Assembly: GCA_965212055.1 (NCBI GenBank)
Contig: OZ243041.1
Span: 448,001-512,000 of the forward strand
DNA: 64,000 nucleotides
Direction of reading: 5' to 3'
From: Fidelibacterota bacterium
GTDB taxonomy: Bacteria > Fidelibacterota > Marinisomatia > Marinisomatales > Marinisomataceae
Shown: in pieces, positions 39,698 through 48,878 of the stretch
How the letters are laid out: the number at the start of each line of letters is the position of its first letter
How positions within the stretch are numbered: the first letter of the stretch is position 1
Position numbers and translations under genes: made by a program
Notes under the pieces: generated by a model
Database searches by the model: none
Told to the model about the DNA's origin: nothing
The model's input: the letters and a program-made list of their open reading frames with translations, nothing else

Positions 39698-41110
39698 ATG
39701 AATAAACCTATTGTCAGATTTGCTCCTAGCCCAACAGGATATTTGCATATTGGAGGTGCTAGAACTGCTCTTTTTAATTGGTTGTATGCCAAAAAACATA
39801 AGGGAACATTTTTATTGCGTATTGAAGATACCGATACAGAACGTTCTGAAAAAAAATATATTGATCAAATATCCGATGCATTAGAATGGTTAGGATTACC
39901 ATGGGATGATGAAATTGTATATCAATCTTCTAATCTTGATCGCCATCAATCTGTTGTAAACTCAATGCTGGATGACGGGACAGCCTATCGATGTTTCTTA
40001 ACGAAAGAAGAACTTGATACGCTTCGTACAGAGGCAGGACAAAAAAAAGCAGTATTTCGTGTTCCAAAAACCTATCGTGATTATACATCAGAACAACAAC
40101 AAGAATTGATTGATCAAGGCAAACCATTTACTGTGCGATTAAAGATTCCTGAAGGAACCACAGAATTTGATGATTTGGTGTATGGAAACATTAAGGTAAA
40201 TAATAGTGATTTAGATGATTTTATTATCGCAAGATCAGATGGGCTACCTACCTATAATTTTGTAGTGACTATTGATGATTGTGATATGAATATTACCCAT
40301 GTTATTAGAGGGGATGATCACTTGGCAAATACACCGAAACAAATCCTGGTTTATCAAGCACTTGGATTCAATGTGCCTACATTTGCCCATTTGCCTATGA
40401 TTCTAGGATCTGATAAGAAACGATTAAGCAAACGACATACAGCAACCAATGTTCAAGAATATCGCGATAAAGGGTATATGCCAGAGGCGATTCTTAATTA
40501 TCTTTCTTTGTTAGGATGGAATCCAGATTCTGATCAAGAAATTTTTAACCTTGATGGTTTAATCGATGGATTTAATCTAGAACAAGTTCAAAAGAAATCT
40601 GCAATATTTGACGAGAAAAAATTATTATGGATTTCTGGTCAACATATGGCAAATGCTAGTATCGATACTACCATTATAGAGCTTGAAAACTTAAAACCAG
40701 ATTGGGCTACAGGGCAGACAAGTAGTTATAAAAAAGATGTTTTAAAACTAACAAAAGAACGATCAAAAACATTGGTAGATTTAATTGAGATTTCAGAAAC
40801 ATTTTTTAGCAGTCAAATTTCTTATGATACAGATGTCAAAGATACAATTTGGAATGATTCATCCAAAAAAATTGTAGAGGACTTATTAAATGCATTAACC
40901 ATTGAAAATAATTGGGATAAAAAAACATTAGAATCTGTTTTTGAAAATCTAATGAATCAACATAATCTATCTCTTGGAAAACTTATCCAACCTATTCGAT
41001 TTGTTCTATCTGGACTTACCTATGGTCCTGGTATTTTTGATACGATGGTTTTGCTTGGAAAAGAATCGTGTATTAAGCGATTGGCGGCTGGATTAAAGGA
41101 ATTAAATTGA
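39698..41110 (+). CDS. gltX: Glutamate--tRNA ligase
   Basis: RFAPSPTG, HIGG, RIEDTD, RLSKR. Confidence 0.99.
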   Translation: MNKPIVRFAPSPTGYLHIGGARTALFNWLYAKKHKGTFLLRIEDTDTERSEKKYIDQISDALEWLGLPWDDEIVYQSSNLDRHQSVVNSMLDDGTAYRCFLTKEELDTLRTEAGQKKAVFRVPKTYRDYTSEQQQELIDQGKPFTVRLKIPEGTTEFDDLVYGNIKVNNSDLDDFIIARSDGLPTYNFVVTIDDCDMNITHVIRGDDHLANTPKQILVYQALGFNVPTFAHLPMILGSDKKRLSKRHTATNVQEYRDKGYMPEAILNYLSLLGWNPDSDQEIFNLDGLIDGFNLEQVQKKSAIFDEKKLLWISGQHMANASIDTTIIELENLKPDWATGQTSSYKKDVLKLTKERSKTLVDLIEISETFFSSQISYDTDVKDTIWNDSSKKIVEDLLNALTIENNWDKKTLESVFENLMNQHNLSLGKLIQPIRFVLSGLTYGPGIFDTMVLLGKESCIKRLAAGLKELN

Positions 41111-41586
41111 AAAAATATAGTATTGTATTTTTAATTCTGTCTATCGTATTTGCACAATCAACTATCCCAAATGCAAAAGTACGTTTACTAAATAATGAAA
41201 CCATCGATTTACATGAATTAACTGGCGATGTTAGTTTCGTTAGTTTTTGGGCTACATGGTGCATCCCTTGTATTAAAGAAATGGATGTTTTAAGTGAATT
41301 TATTGAAGAGTATGATGACAAAGTATCTGTAATCTTAATCAATACAGATGATCCAGGAAAAGTGGGGAAAGTAAAATCGTTTGTGAATTCAAAAAAATAC
41401 CTCAAAGGAGATATTTATCATATTGTAATGGATTATAATCAGAAACTTTCTAGACGATTTAATGCCCAACCCATTCCTTTGTCTTTTATAGTTGAGAATA
41501 ATAATATTATTTATCGGAAACGTGGTTTCATTCCTGGAGATGAAAACATATTTAAGAAAGAATTAGACGCAATATTTAATGAATAA
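41107..41586 (+). CDS. Exported TlpA-like thiol-disulfide oxidoreductase
   Basis: Signal peptide; FWATWCIPC. Confidence 0.9.
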   Translation: MKKYSIVFLILSIVFAQSTIPNAKVRLLNNETIDLHELTGDVSFVSFWATWCIPCIKEMDVLSEFIEEYDDKVSVILINTDDPGKVGKVKSFVNSKKYLKGDIYHIVMDYNQKLSRRFNAQPIPLSFIVENNNIIYRKRGFIPGDENIFKKELDAIFNE

Positions 41587-43243
41587 ACGTATTATCTCCA
41601 TTTTTCTATGTACTACTTTAACTGCCCAGGTTGAATATTCAAACAATCTCAATATCCGTTATGGTGAGGGTGATAATAATTATATTTATGAGGAAATTTA
41701 TTTTAATACTGGGATAACCTTAAATCGTCCAGATGATAGATTTGAAGCATTATTTAGTTTAGAGTTGAGTAATCCCCCTGAGATTGGATTGAAGGAAGAA
41801 GGAATTCGCGAATTTTTACTTGGATATTATAATAAAAATTTATCGATTGAATTAGGAGATTTCTATGAAACATGGGGAAGGGGTCTTATTCTTAACCAAA
41901 CAGATTATCAGCATTTAGATTTTAATACAGGTGCAACTGGATTAAGCGTAGGGTATGAAAAAGATTATATTTCATTAAATGTAATTGCAGGTGAGATTAA
42001 TCCTCGAAAAAGTACTACTTTCCTTGGAGGCTATGATCCACGAGTTCCGAATTATATTCTTAAACAAACCTTATATGGTTCAGACTTCAGTATTGAGTCA
42101 TCAGAATCAACTATGGGACTCTCTATATTATTTACAGAAGAAGAGGAAGCCCCAATCTCTAGCGTTATAGGTGGAATACGTTTTGAAAAACCTTACGACA
42201 ATGGTGATTTGTTTTTATCATTTATTAGCAAAAGATCCAACCTTGATACAGTTGATAGCGATTCAGAGACTGATAAAGGGAATGGACTTTACTTTTCTAA
42301 CACAAACTATATCAAAGACTGGGCATTGACATCAAATTATAGACGATACCGTATAGATGTAAAAGATCCGAGTATGCGAGACAATATATTGAGTAACTAT
42401 GGACAAGCACTTGATGTTCAGCGTTCACCAACAGGTTATTATCAACATAGTTTTAAGTTGCTAAGTCGAAATTCAAAACAGGTGAACTTAAATGATGAAA
42501 TTGGTTTAGAATTAGAATTAATAGGCCCAATAGATGAAAACCGAACTTTGTTAGTGAACTATACAAAATCTAGCTCTACAAAAGGATGGCATAATGAATT
42601 TGGTTATTGGGAACCTGAACCTCTAACTACCACAAATGGAAATAGTAATTCTTTGTTCCCAAGTAGCGATAAAGATTCTTATCCGTTTGATGAACTATTT
42701 ATTGAGTTGAATGGATACAATAAAGCTCATACTTTATTTTATCGAGTAGGGTTTGATTATTTCTCTGATACCTTTGCTGTGCTTGCTAATTCAAACACTT
42801 CAGAATCATTTGAAGTGAATAAAGCAATTACTTTTCCATTTATGGTAAATGTTATTTTGAACGATTTATGGAGCATTGAAGTACAGTTAGAATTACAACG
42901 TGCTAAAAAAGGATTTGAATTAACAGTAAATGATGAGTCTTCATTTGTTTCTTTATTGTCTGACAAGTATCAAGACAATATCTTTTTAGGATTTACGGTT
43001 AATCACGCACCATGGTCGCTAACAGTTGCTACAGAATCAACCAATAGCGATGAATCATCATCAAATTTTGATTCAAATACATGGAATTCAGTAGCATTAA
43101 CATATAGAATTAAATCAGATAATATTTTGGAAGTTTTTTATGGATCTATCAGAGGAGGATTAGATTGTACAAATGGGGTATGTAGGTATATCCAACCATT
43201 TAAAAATGGGCTAAGAATTGATTACAATGTTAATTTGAACTAA
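41579..43243 (+). CDS. DUF6029-like outer-membrane protein
   Basis: Signal peptide, alternating beta-strand pattern, GDFYETWGRGLIL, C-terminal GGLDCTNGVCR. Confidence 0.65.
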   Translation: MNKRIISIFLCTTLTAQVEYSNNLNIRYGEGDNNYIYEEIYFNTGITLNRPDDRFEALFSLELSNPPEIGLKEEGIREFLLGYYNKNLSIELGDFYETWGRGLILNQTDYQHLDFNTGATGLSVGYEKDYISLNVIAGEINPRKSTTFLGGYDPRVPNYILKQTLYGSDFSIESSESTMGLSILFTEEEEAPISSVIGGIRFEKPYDNGDLFLSFISKRSNLDTVDSDSETDKGNGLYFSNTNYIKDWALTSNYRRYRIDVKDPSMRDNILSNYGQALDVQRSPTGYYQHSFKLLSRNSKQVNLNDEIGLELELIGPIDENRTLLVNYTKSSSTKGWHNEFGYWEPEPLTTTNGNSNSLFPSSDKDSYPFDELFIELNGYNKAHTLFYRVGFDYFSDTFAVLANSNTSESFEVNKAITFPFMVNVILNDLWSIEVQLELQRAKKGFELTVNDESSFVSLLSDKYQDNIFLGFTVNHAPWSLTVATESTNSDESSSNFDSNTWNSVALTYRIKSDNILEVFYGSIRGGLDCTNGVCRYIQPFKNGLRIDYNVNLN

Positions 43244-43283
43244 ATTCAGGAAGATATGGGGGGAAACCCATAGGAGATTTACT

Positions 43284-44177
43284 ATGAATAATAAAAATAT
43301 ATTTTTGGGGATAATTGCTTTCGCTCTTTTTGCTTGTAGCGGAGGAGGAGATAGTGTAACTGCAACCACAGATGGCGGTGGTGGAGAAACTGGTGGAAAT
43401 ACAGGCGGTACGGCACAACCAGTACCAACCAAAATTTTAACTGAATTATTTACATCAACAACTTGTGGTCCTTGTACAGCTCAAAATAATACTCTAAATA
43501 AGTACTTAGACCCTACATCATCTACATATGCAAGCGATATTGCAGCTGAATGGATTGTATTACGTTATCATGTTTGGTGGCCTGCTTCTGGAGATCCTTA
43601 TTATGATTGGAATCAAAATCCAGTGATTGCGCGTGAAGGATACTATAATGTCGGATATGTTCCTCATGCTTTTACACAAGGGATGAATGATTCTGGTTCA
43701 GGAGCATCTACATGGAGAGTACATGCAAGACAAGTAGATACTACAACAGCTATTTCTCCGTTTGATGTTCAGATGAATGTAGCATTAGATGGATATAAGT
43801 TAACTGGTACTATTACAGTAACTGCTGCAGGCGATGTAAGAAATCTTGGATTTAAATACTATATTGCTGTCACACATGATGATTCTCAATATGCTGCACC
43901 AAATGGACAAACAGTATTTCATCAAACTTTCATCGATTTCCTCAACTATGAAACAACCACTGAAGGAATCATAAGTTGGGGTGAATCTCTTAATTTAAAT
44001 TCAGGTGAAACCAAGACTACAAATATTGATTGGACGTTAAATAGTAATTGGCCAAATGATTCTGGAGTTACTTGGTCTCCAAGTGATTTAAATATTCTTG
44101 CGTTTGTTCAATTCGATGGTGGTGGAGAAAATGATAAGAAAATCTTCCAGGTTGAAGAAATAGATTTTGGTTCATAA
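43284..44177 (+). CDS. Omp28-like CxxC lipoprotein
   Basis: Lipobox LFAC, G/T linker, ELFTSTTCGPC, YHVWWP..DP, IL(A)FVQ. Confidence 0.75.
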   Translation: MNNKNIFLGIIAFALFACSGGGDSVTATTDGGGGETGGNTGGTAQPVPTKILTELFTSTTCGPCTAQNNTLNKYLDPTSSTYASDIAAEWIVLRYHVWWPASGDPYYDWNQNPVIAREGYYNVGYVPHAFTQGMNDSGSGASTWRVHARQVDTTTAISPFDVQMNVALDGYKLTGTITVTAAGDVRNLGFKYYIAVTHDDSQYAAPNGQTVFHQTFIDFLNYETTTEGIISWGESLNLNSGETKTTNIDWTLNSNWPNDSGVTWSPSDLNILAFVQFDGGGENDKKIFQVEEIDFGS

Positions 44178-44197
44178 GTTCTCCTCGTTTTACATAT

Positions 44198-44271
44198 GCG
44201 CCCGTAGCTCAATTGGATAGAGCGTCTGGCTACGGACCAGAAGGTTGTGGGTTCGAGTCCTTCCGGGCGTA
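44198..44271 (+). tRNA. tRNA-Arg(ACG)
   Basis: TCTGG-CTACGGA-CCAGA arm; GCGCCCG/CGGGCGT acceptor stem. Confidence 0.95.
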
Positions 44272-44274
44272 CTC

Positions 44275-44748
44275 GTGTCTACTAAAATTCAAATAAATAA
44301 AATATCTCATGAAGATTGGATGCATCGTGCATTAAAACTCGCAATGCAAGCCTTTAATGCAGATGAAGTTCCTGTTGGATGTATCATTGTTCACGATAAT
44401 AAAATTATTGGACAAGGATATAATCAATGTGAATCTTTAAATGACGCTACTGCTCATGCTGAAATGATAGCAATTACTTCAGCCTCATCTACATTAGATA
44501 ATTGGCGTTTAAATGAATGTGCAATCTATGTGACAAAAGAACCTTGTTCAATGTGTGCTGGAGCCATTGTAAATAGCCGTATTGATAAACTTTATTTTGG
44601 ATGTTATGATGAAGAATCAGGCGCATGTGGTTCTAGGTTTGAGATTTGTGGAGGTTCTACTCCTTCTATTGTGAAGGGAAATATACTTGCCAATGAATCT
44701 TTATCTTTAATTCAGGAATATTTTATTAGAAAAAGAAAGGAAAAATAG
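44275..44748 (+). CDS. tadA: tRNA adenosine(34) deaminase (start GTG 44275)
   Basis: EVPVG, DATAHAE, WRL, EPCSMCAGA. Confidence 0.93.
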   Translation: MSTKIQINKISHEDWMHRALKLAMQAFNADEVPVGCIIVHDNKIIGQGYNQCESLNDATAHAEMIAITSASSTLDNWRLNECAIYVTKEPCSMCAGAIVNSRIDKLYFGCYDEESGACGSRFEICGGSTPSIVKGNILANESLSLIQEYFIRKRKEK

Positions 44749-45472
44749 CCTTTCTTTCTTTTGGGTAATCATCAAATTGTTGATGATACCATTGATGTCC
44801 TTTAATAGCTCTTGGAACTAAGTTTGCCATTGTCCATATCATAAAAGATAATCCTGCCAAAGACCAAGTCATTAATGCAAATGCAGTCCATTCTAAGATT
44901 TCTCCAAAATAATTGGGATAAGAGATGTATTTGAACAATCCTCCTCTTGGAATTTGGTATCCTTTATTTTCTGATCGTAATTTTAGGAGAATGGTATCCG
45001 ATTGCATATTGATTACCATTCCTACAGCAAACAAAATAATTCCTAGAATAAAATTCCAGTTGGTAGCATAATCAATTAGGTATGGTTCCATAGAGCCTAA
45101 GAAATAACCATTAATAAATCCGTTGATAATATTAAACAACAATGCAAATACGGCAATAGAAAGGGGCATTTTTGCTGGATTTTTTTGTCGCATAGGATAA
45201 ATAATGCTTCGATTAGAATAATGACCCATCCAACAGATAAAAAACACCCATGTAATCCAACTTTTTTCTTCTAATCCAGTAAGAAAAAAATAAGCAAATG
45301 CAGCAGGAGAGATAATTTCCATCACAAACCATCCTAATTTGCTTGGAATCATTGGTCCCCAATTTGTATTAGCAAATTTTCCATACGGAGCGGGGATTTT
45401 TAAAAGAAGAATGAATGTTACAACTCCCAAGATAATCCAAGGCATCAAAATCATTTCATAAATTTGTAACAT
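44726..45472 (-). CDS. 3-oxo-5-alpha-steroid 4-dehydrogenase (SRD5A-like)
   Basis: APYGK, GWFVME, HY.NR, IPRGGLF..ISYPNYFGE..EW, HQWY, YPKERKAI. Confidence 0.92.
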   Translation of the reverse strand: MLQIYEMILMPWIILGVVTFILLLKIPAPYGKFANTNWGPMIPSKLGWFVMEIISPAAFAYFFLTGLEEKSWITWVFFICWMGHYSNRSIIYPMRQKNPAKMPLSIAVFALLFNIINGFINGYFLGSMEPYLIDYATNWNFILGIILFAVGMVINMQSDTILLKLRSENKGYQIPRGGLFKYISYPNYFGEILEWTAFALMTWSLAGLSFMIWTMANLVPRAIKGHQWYHQQFDDYPKERKAIFPFFF

Positions 45473-45516
45473 CGCCTCCAATTTATAATTAATATTGATT
45501 CGTTCAAAGAGGGTTT

Positions 45517-46356
45517 ATGAGTGATAAAATTATAGTCATTACTGGTGCTACTGATGGAATAGGATTGGCTGCTGCAAAAACAATTGCAGGCCAAGGATAT
45601 CGTATTGGTCTCGTCGGTAGAAATCCTGATAAAGGGAAGCAGGCAATGGAAGCAATTGTGTCTGAGACCGGTAATGATAAATTAGATTTCTTTCAAACAG
45701 ATTTAAGTTTGGTGAAAGAAGTTACTTCTCTTTCTAATCAGATAAAAAATAAATACTCTCACCTCAATGTTTTATTAAATAATGCAGGAGGAGCTAGTAA
45801 GGACAAAATAATTACTAGTGAAGGATTAGAAAGAACTTTTGCTACCAATCAAATGAATTATTTTGTGCTTACCACCAACTTAATGGATATGTTATCAACT
45901 TCTGAAGGATCTAGAGTGGTCAATGTAGCTTCCAATGCTCATATTGGGGCAACAATTGATTTCGACAATATTAATTCAGAAAAAAAACATTCATGGTGGA
46001 GTACATACTGTGTTTCAAAGCTCATGAATATTATGTTTACTTATCGTTTAGCGCAGATTCAGAATAAAGTAACTGCGAATTGTCTCCATCCAGGATTTGT
46101 GAATACCAACATTGGAGGGAATGAGGGGAATACTATAAAACGTATTGTCAAATTTGGATCAAATTTATTTGCTAGAACAGTTGAAGATGGAGCAGATTCC
46201 AGTATTTATTTGTCAACATCGAATGATATACAAAATGTTTCAGGAAAATATTTTTTCAAATGCAAAGAAATTAAATCATCAAAAGAGTCCTATAAACAAG
46301 CTCAATGGGACCAGCTTTGGAATGTTTGTAAATCTTATAAGGAACAATTATCATAA
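45517..46356 (+). CDS. SDR oxidoreductase (retinol-dehydrogenase-like)
   Basis: TGATDGIG, NNAG, YCVSK, HPGFV. Confidence 0.93.
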   Translation: MSDKIIVITGATDGIGLAAAKTIAGQGYRIGLVGRNPDKGKQAMEAIVSETGNDKLDFFQTDLSLVKEVTSLSNQIKNKYSHLNVLLNNAGGASKDKIITSEGLERTFATNQMNYFVLTTNLMDMLSTSEGSRVVNVASNAHIGATIDFDNINSEKKHSWWSTYCVSKLMNIMFTYRLAQIQNKVTANCLHPGFVNTNIGGNEGNTIKRIVKFGSNLFARTVEDGADSSIYLSTSNDIQNVSGKYFFKCKEIKSSKESYKQAQWDQLWNVCKSYKEQLS

Positions 46357-46790
46357 TGCAAAAAATCTTATCACGATCAGACTATGATTTTTTTACAACT
46401 GCGTCAACAAGATGGAGAGATTCAGATACGTTAGGGCATATCAATCATACAATTTATTTAAGCATCCTAGAAACAACACATAAAGATTTTATAGTACATA
46501 TGTATGGAAAAGAAGCCGCTTTCGGTCTTGATAGCACAAGTGCAGGTTTATTGGCCTCAATGCAAGTGATGTATATAAAACAATCACATCACCCTGCTAA
46601 ATTTGATATCGGTTTCCGTATCACTAGAGTTGGTACAAAGAGCTATGATGTGCATGAAGCTTTATTTTTAGAAGGAGAAGATACTCCTGTTTTCCAAAGT
46701 ATTCATACATTTGTGATGTTTAATTTTAAAGAACAAAAGTCAATTCCAGTAGATGATGTTATTAGAGATAATTTAAGAGCAGTAGAGTGA
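46356..46790 (+). CDS. Acyl-CoA thioesterase (hotdog fold)
   Basis: RWRDSDTLGHINH, RVGTKS. Confidence 0.85.
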   Translation: MQKILSRSDYDFFTTASTRWRDSDTLGHINHTIYLSILETTHKDFIVHMYGKEAAFGLDSTSAGLLASMQVMYIKQSHHPAKFDIGFRITRVGTKSYDVHEALFLEGEDTPVFQSIHTFVMFNFKEQKSIPVDDVIRDNLRAVE

Positions 46791-47551
46791 TTACCTTATT
46801 ATCTCCTTCCAAAAAATTAAATTTTGAACCTCAAAATATAGTTGATAATTATACCCAGTGTGAGTTTATCAAAAGTGCTGAAATATTAGCTAATAAAGCT
46901 AAAAACTTTACTGAGAACGATCTAAAAGAACTAATGGATATAAGCGATAAGCTTGCTCAATTAAATCGAGAACGATTTGATCGCTGGTCACTTCCATTTA
47001 ATTCTTCCAATGCAAAACAGGCGATTCTAGCGTTTGATGGGGGAGTATATTCTGGTTTAAGAGCAAATACATTTTCTGGTAAAGATTTTGGATTTGCGCA
47101 AGATCATCTTCGGATTTTATCAGGATTGTATGGAATTCTAAAACCTCTTGATCTTATCCAGCCATATCGATTAGAAATGGGAGTTTCATTTCAAAATCCA
47201 AAAGGGAAGAACTTATATGATTTTTGGAAACAATCAATAACGGATAATTTGAATGATACCCTAGAAAAACATCCATCACCTGTGATTGTTAACTGTGCAT
47301 CAATTGAATATTTTTCTGCAATTGATTTATCGAAACTCAAAGGAAGCATTCTTTCGATCGTATTCAAAGAATATCGAAATGGGGAATTAAAGTTTATCTC
47401 ATTTAATGCAAAGAAAGCGAGAGGATTAATGACACAGTACATTGTTAAGAACAAGATAAATGATCATACTAATATCAAAGATTTTAATTATGAAGATTAT
47501 AAATTTGATTCGAAGCTATCTGAAGATTCAAAATTTGTATTTACACGATAA
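46787..47551 (+). CDS. yaaA: Peroxide-stress protein YaaA
   Basis: LSPSKKL, ILSGLYG.LKPLD..PYRLEMG, AKKARG. Confidence 0.95.
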   Translation: MITLLSPSKKLNFEPQNIVDNYTQCEFIKSAEILANKAKNFTENDLKELMDISDKLAQLNRERFDRWSLPFNSSNAKQAILAFDGGVYSGLRANTFSGKDFGFAQDHLRILSGLYGILKPLDLIQPYRLEMGVSFQNPKGKNLYDFWKQSITDNLNDTLEKHPSPVIVNCASIEYFSAIDLSKLKGSILSIVFKEYRNGELKFISFNAKKARGLMTQYIVKNKINDHTNIKDFNYEDYKFDSKLSEDSKFVFTR

Positions 47552-47560
47552 AGGCAGTTT

Positions 47561-48448
47561 ATGAGCTATATTTCTTTTTTTAAAGATCGGTTTATACCTA
47601 CAGATGAAATTAATCTTAATTTTCGTGATAATTTTCTAAGCATTGTTCGAGGCTATCAAGTCTTTACATTTTTTAAAACTATAGATGAAGGAAAACCGCT
47701 TTTTTTAGATCATCATATTAAACGACTACTAAAAAATACAGAAACAATGGGGATGAAGATAAATCAATCACATGATGATGTTAAGCAGTTGGTGTTTGAT
47801 ACCATAGCTGAAAACACTTCTTCTTCAGGTGAGTTTAGTATAATGATTGCGTTTCTAGGAGGAAAACCCGTTATTGGTTCTGATTTGTATTCAAACAGTC
47901 CTATGGATATTTTGGTTTTAGTAAATCCAATAAGAATATATCCAGCAGAATTTTATGCCAAAGGGATTACTGTTGGTCTTTTTGAATTTCAACGTCATTA
48001 TGCAGAGATTAAAGCTCCTTTTACATATATAGGAGGGTTATTAGCACAAAATGCTATAATAAAAAGTGGTGACTATGATGAAGTCTTATATGTTTCAAAT
48101 GGAAATATATTAGAAGGTACTACATTCTCATTTTTTGCAATTAATAATAGTGAAGTTGTGCTAACAGCCCCGGCAGATGGGAATATTTTACGAAGCGTTA
48201 CTAGGTCGGCTTTACTGAATGTTATAAAGAAAGAAGAGATGAAATTTGAAGAAAGGGATTTACCAATTGATGAAATGTATAGTTGTAAAGAAGCATTTAT
48301 TGTGTCTTCCACTCGTGATATTATTCCTGTAGTTTCAGTTGATAATCATACAATTGGGGATGGTTTAGTAGGGGAATCAACTAAGAAATTAATGGAACTT
48401 TATCAGAAAGAAATATTGGAGCTTGTTTCCAATAGGAACAATGTTTAA
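47561..48448 (+). CDS. Class IV PLP aminotransferase-family protein
   Basis: RGY, H..RL, EGT, ILRSVTR, EAFIVSSTR. Confidence 0.85.
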   Translation: MSYISFFKDRFIPTDEINLNFRDNFLSIVRGYQVFTFFKTIDEGKPLFLDHHIKRLLKNTETMGMKINQSHDDVKQLVFDTIAENTSSSGEFSIMIAFLGGKPVIGSDLYSNSPMDILVLVNPIRIYPAEFYAKGITVGLFEFQRHYAEIKAPFTYIGGLLAQNAIIKSGDYDEVLYVSNGNILEGTTFSFFAINNSEVVLTAPADGNILRSVTRSALLNVIKKEEMKFEERDLPIDEMYSCKEAFIVSSTRDIIPVVSVDNHTIGDGLVGESTKKLMELYQKEILELVSNRNNV

Positions 48449-48488
48449 AATTTTGCGTTTACTTAAGAAACAACATAGAGGTTATAAA

Positions 48489-48878
48489 ATGAAACATACT
48501 GGAATTGTTTTATTATTAAGTTTTTCTATTTTTTCATGCAGTGTTCCTGCAACCGCAACAAACAACGACTTTACGTTAGGAAAAGTTCAAAGCCAATTAA
48601 AAGAAGGTATGAGCTCTGCTAGCGTTGTTGAATTGTTGGGATCTCCAAATATTGTAACCAATGCGAATGATGGATATGAAGTATGGACATACGACAAAGT
48701 TAGTAGCGAAGCAAAAGATGGTTCTGCTATGGGAGCAGGCGTTGTTCCTGGTGGAAGATTTCTTGGGATATTTGGTGGAAGTCGTAGTAGTAAAAGCAAT
48801 AAAAATCTAACATTAACCATCAGGTTTACTCCTGCAGGTCTTGTTGATAGTTTCAAATACCAAAGCATTAAATACTAA
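48489..48878 (+). CDS. BamE/SmpA-like lipoprotein
   Basis: Lipobox-like IFSC; GMS...V..LLGSP, W.Y. Confidence 0.7.
   Translation: MKHTGIVLLLSFSIFSCSVPATATNNDFTLGKVQSQLKEGMSSASVVELLGSPNIVTNANDGYEVWTYDKVSSEAKDGSAMGAGVVPGGRFLGIFGGSRSSKSNKNLTLTIRFTPAGLVDSFKYQSIKY

Noticed and set aside
33829..39700. Prophage or genomic island at the tRNA cluster
   Set aside because: I found no integrase, phage genes or duplicated tRNA 3' ends
39587..39799. Two minus-strand ORFs
   Set aside because: They are antisense to tRNA-Ser(TGA) and gltX
41107..44177. Selenocysteine recoding in the redox trio
   Set aside because: All motif positions are TGT/TGC, with no in-frame TGA
44245..44274. Track start of tadA
   Set aside because: It lies within tRNA-Arg; GTG 44275 is preferred
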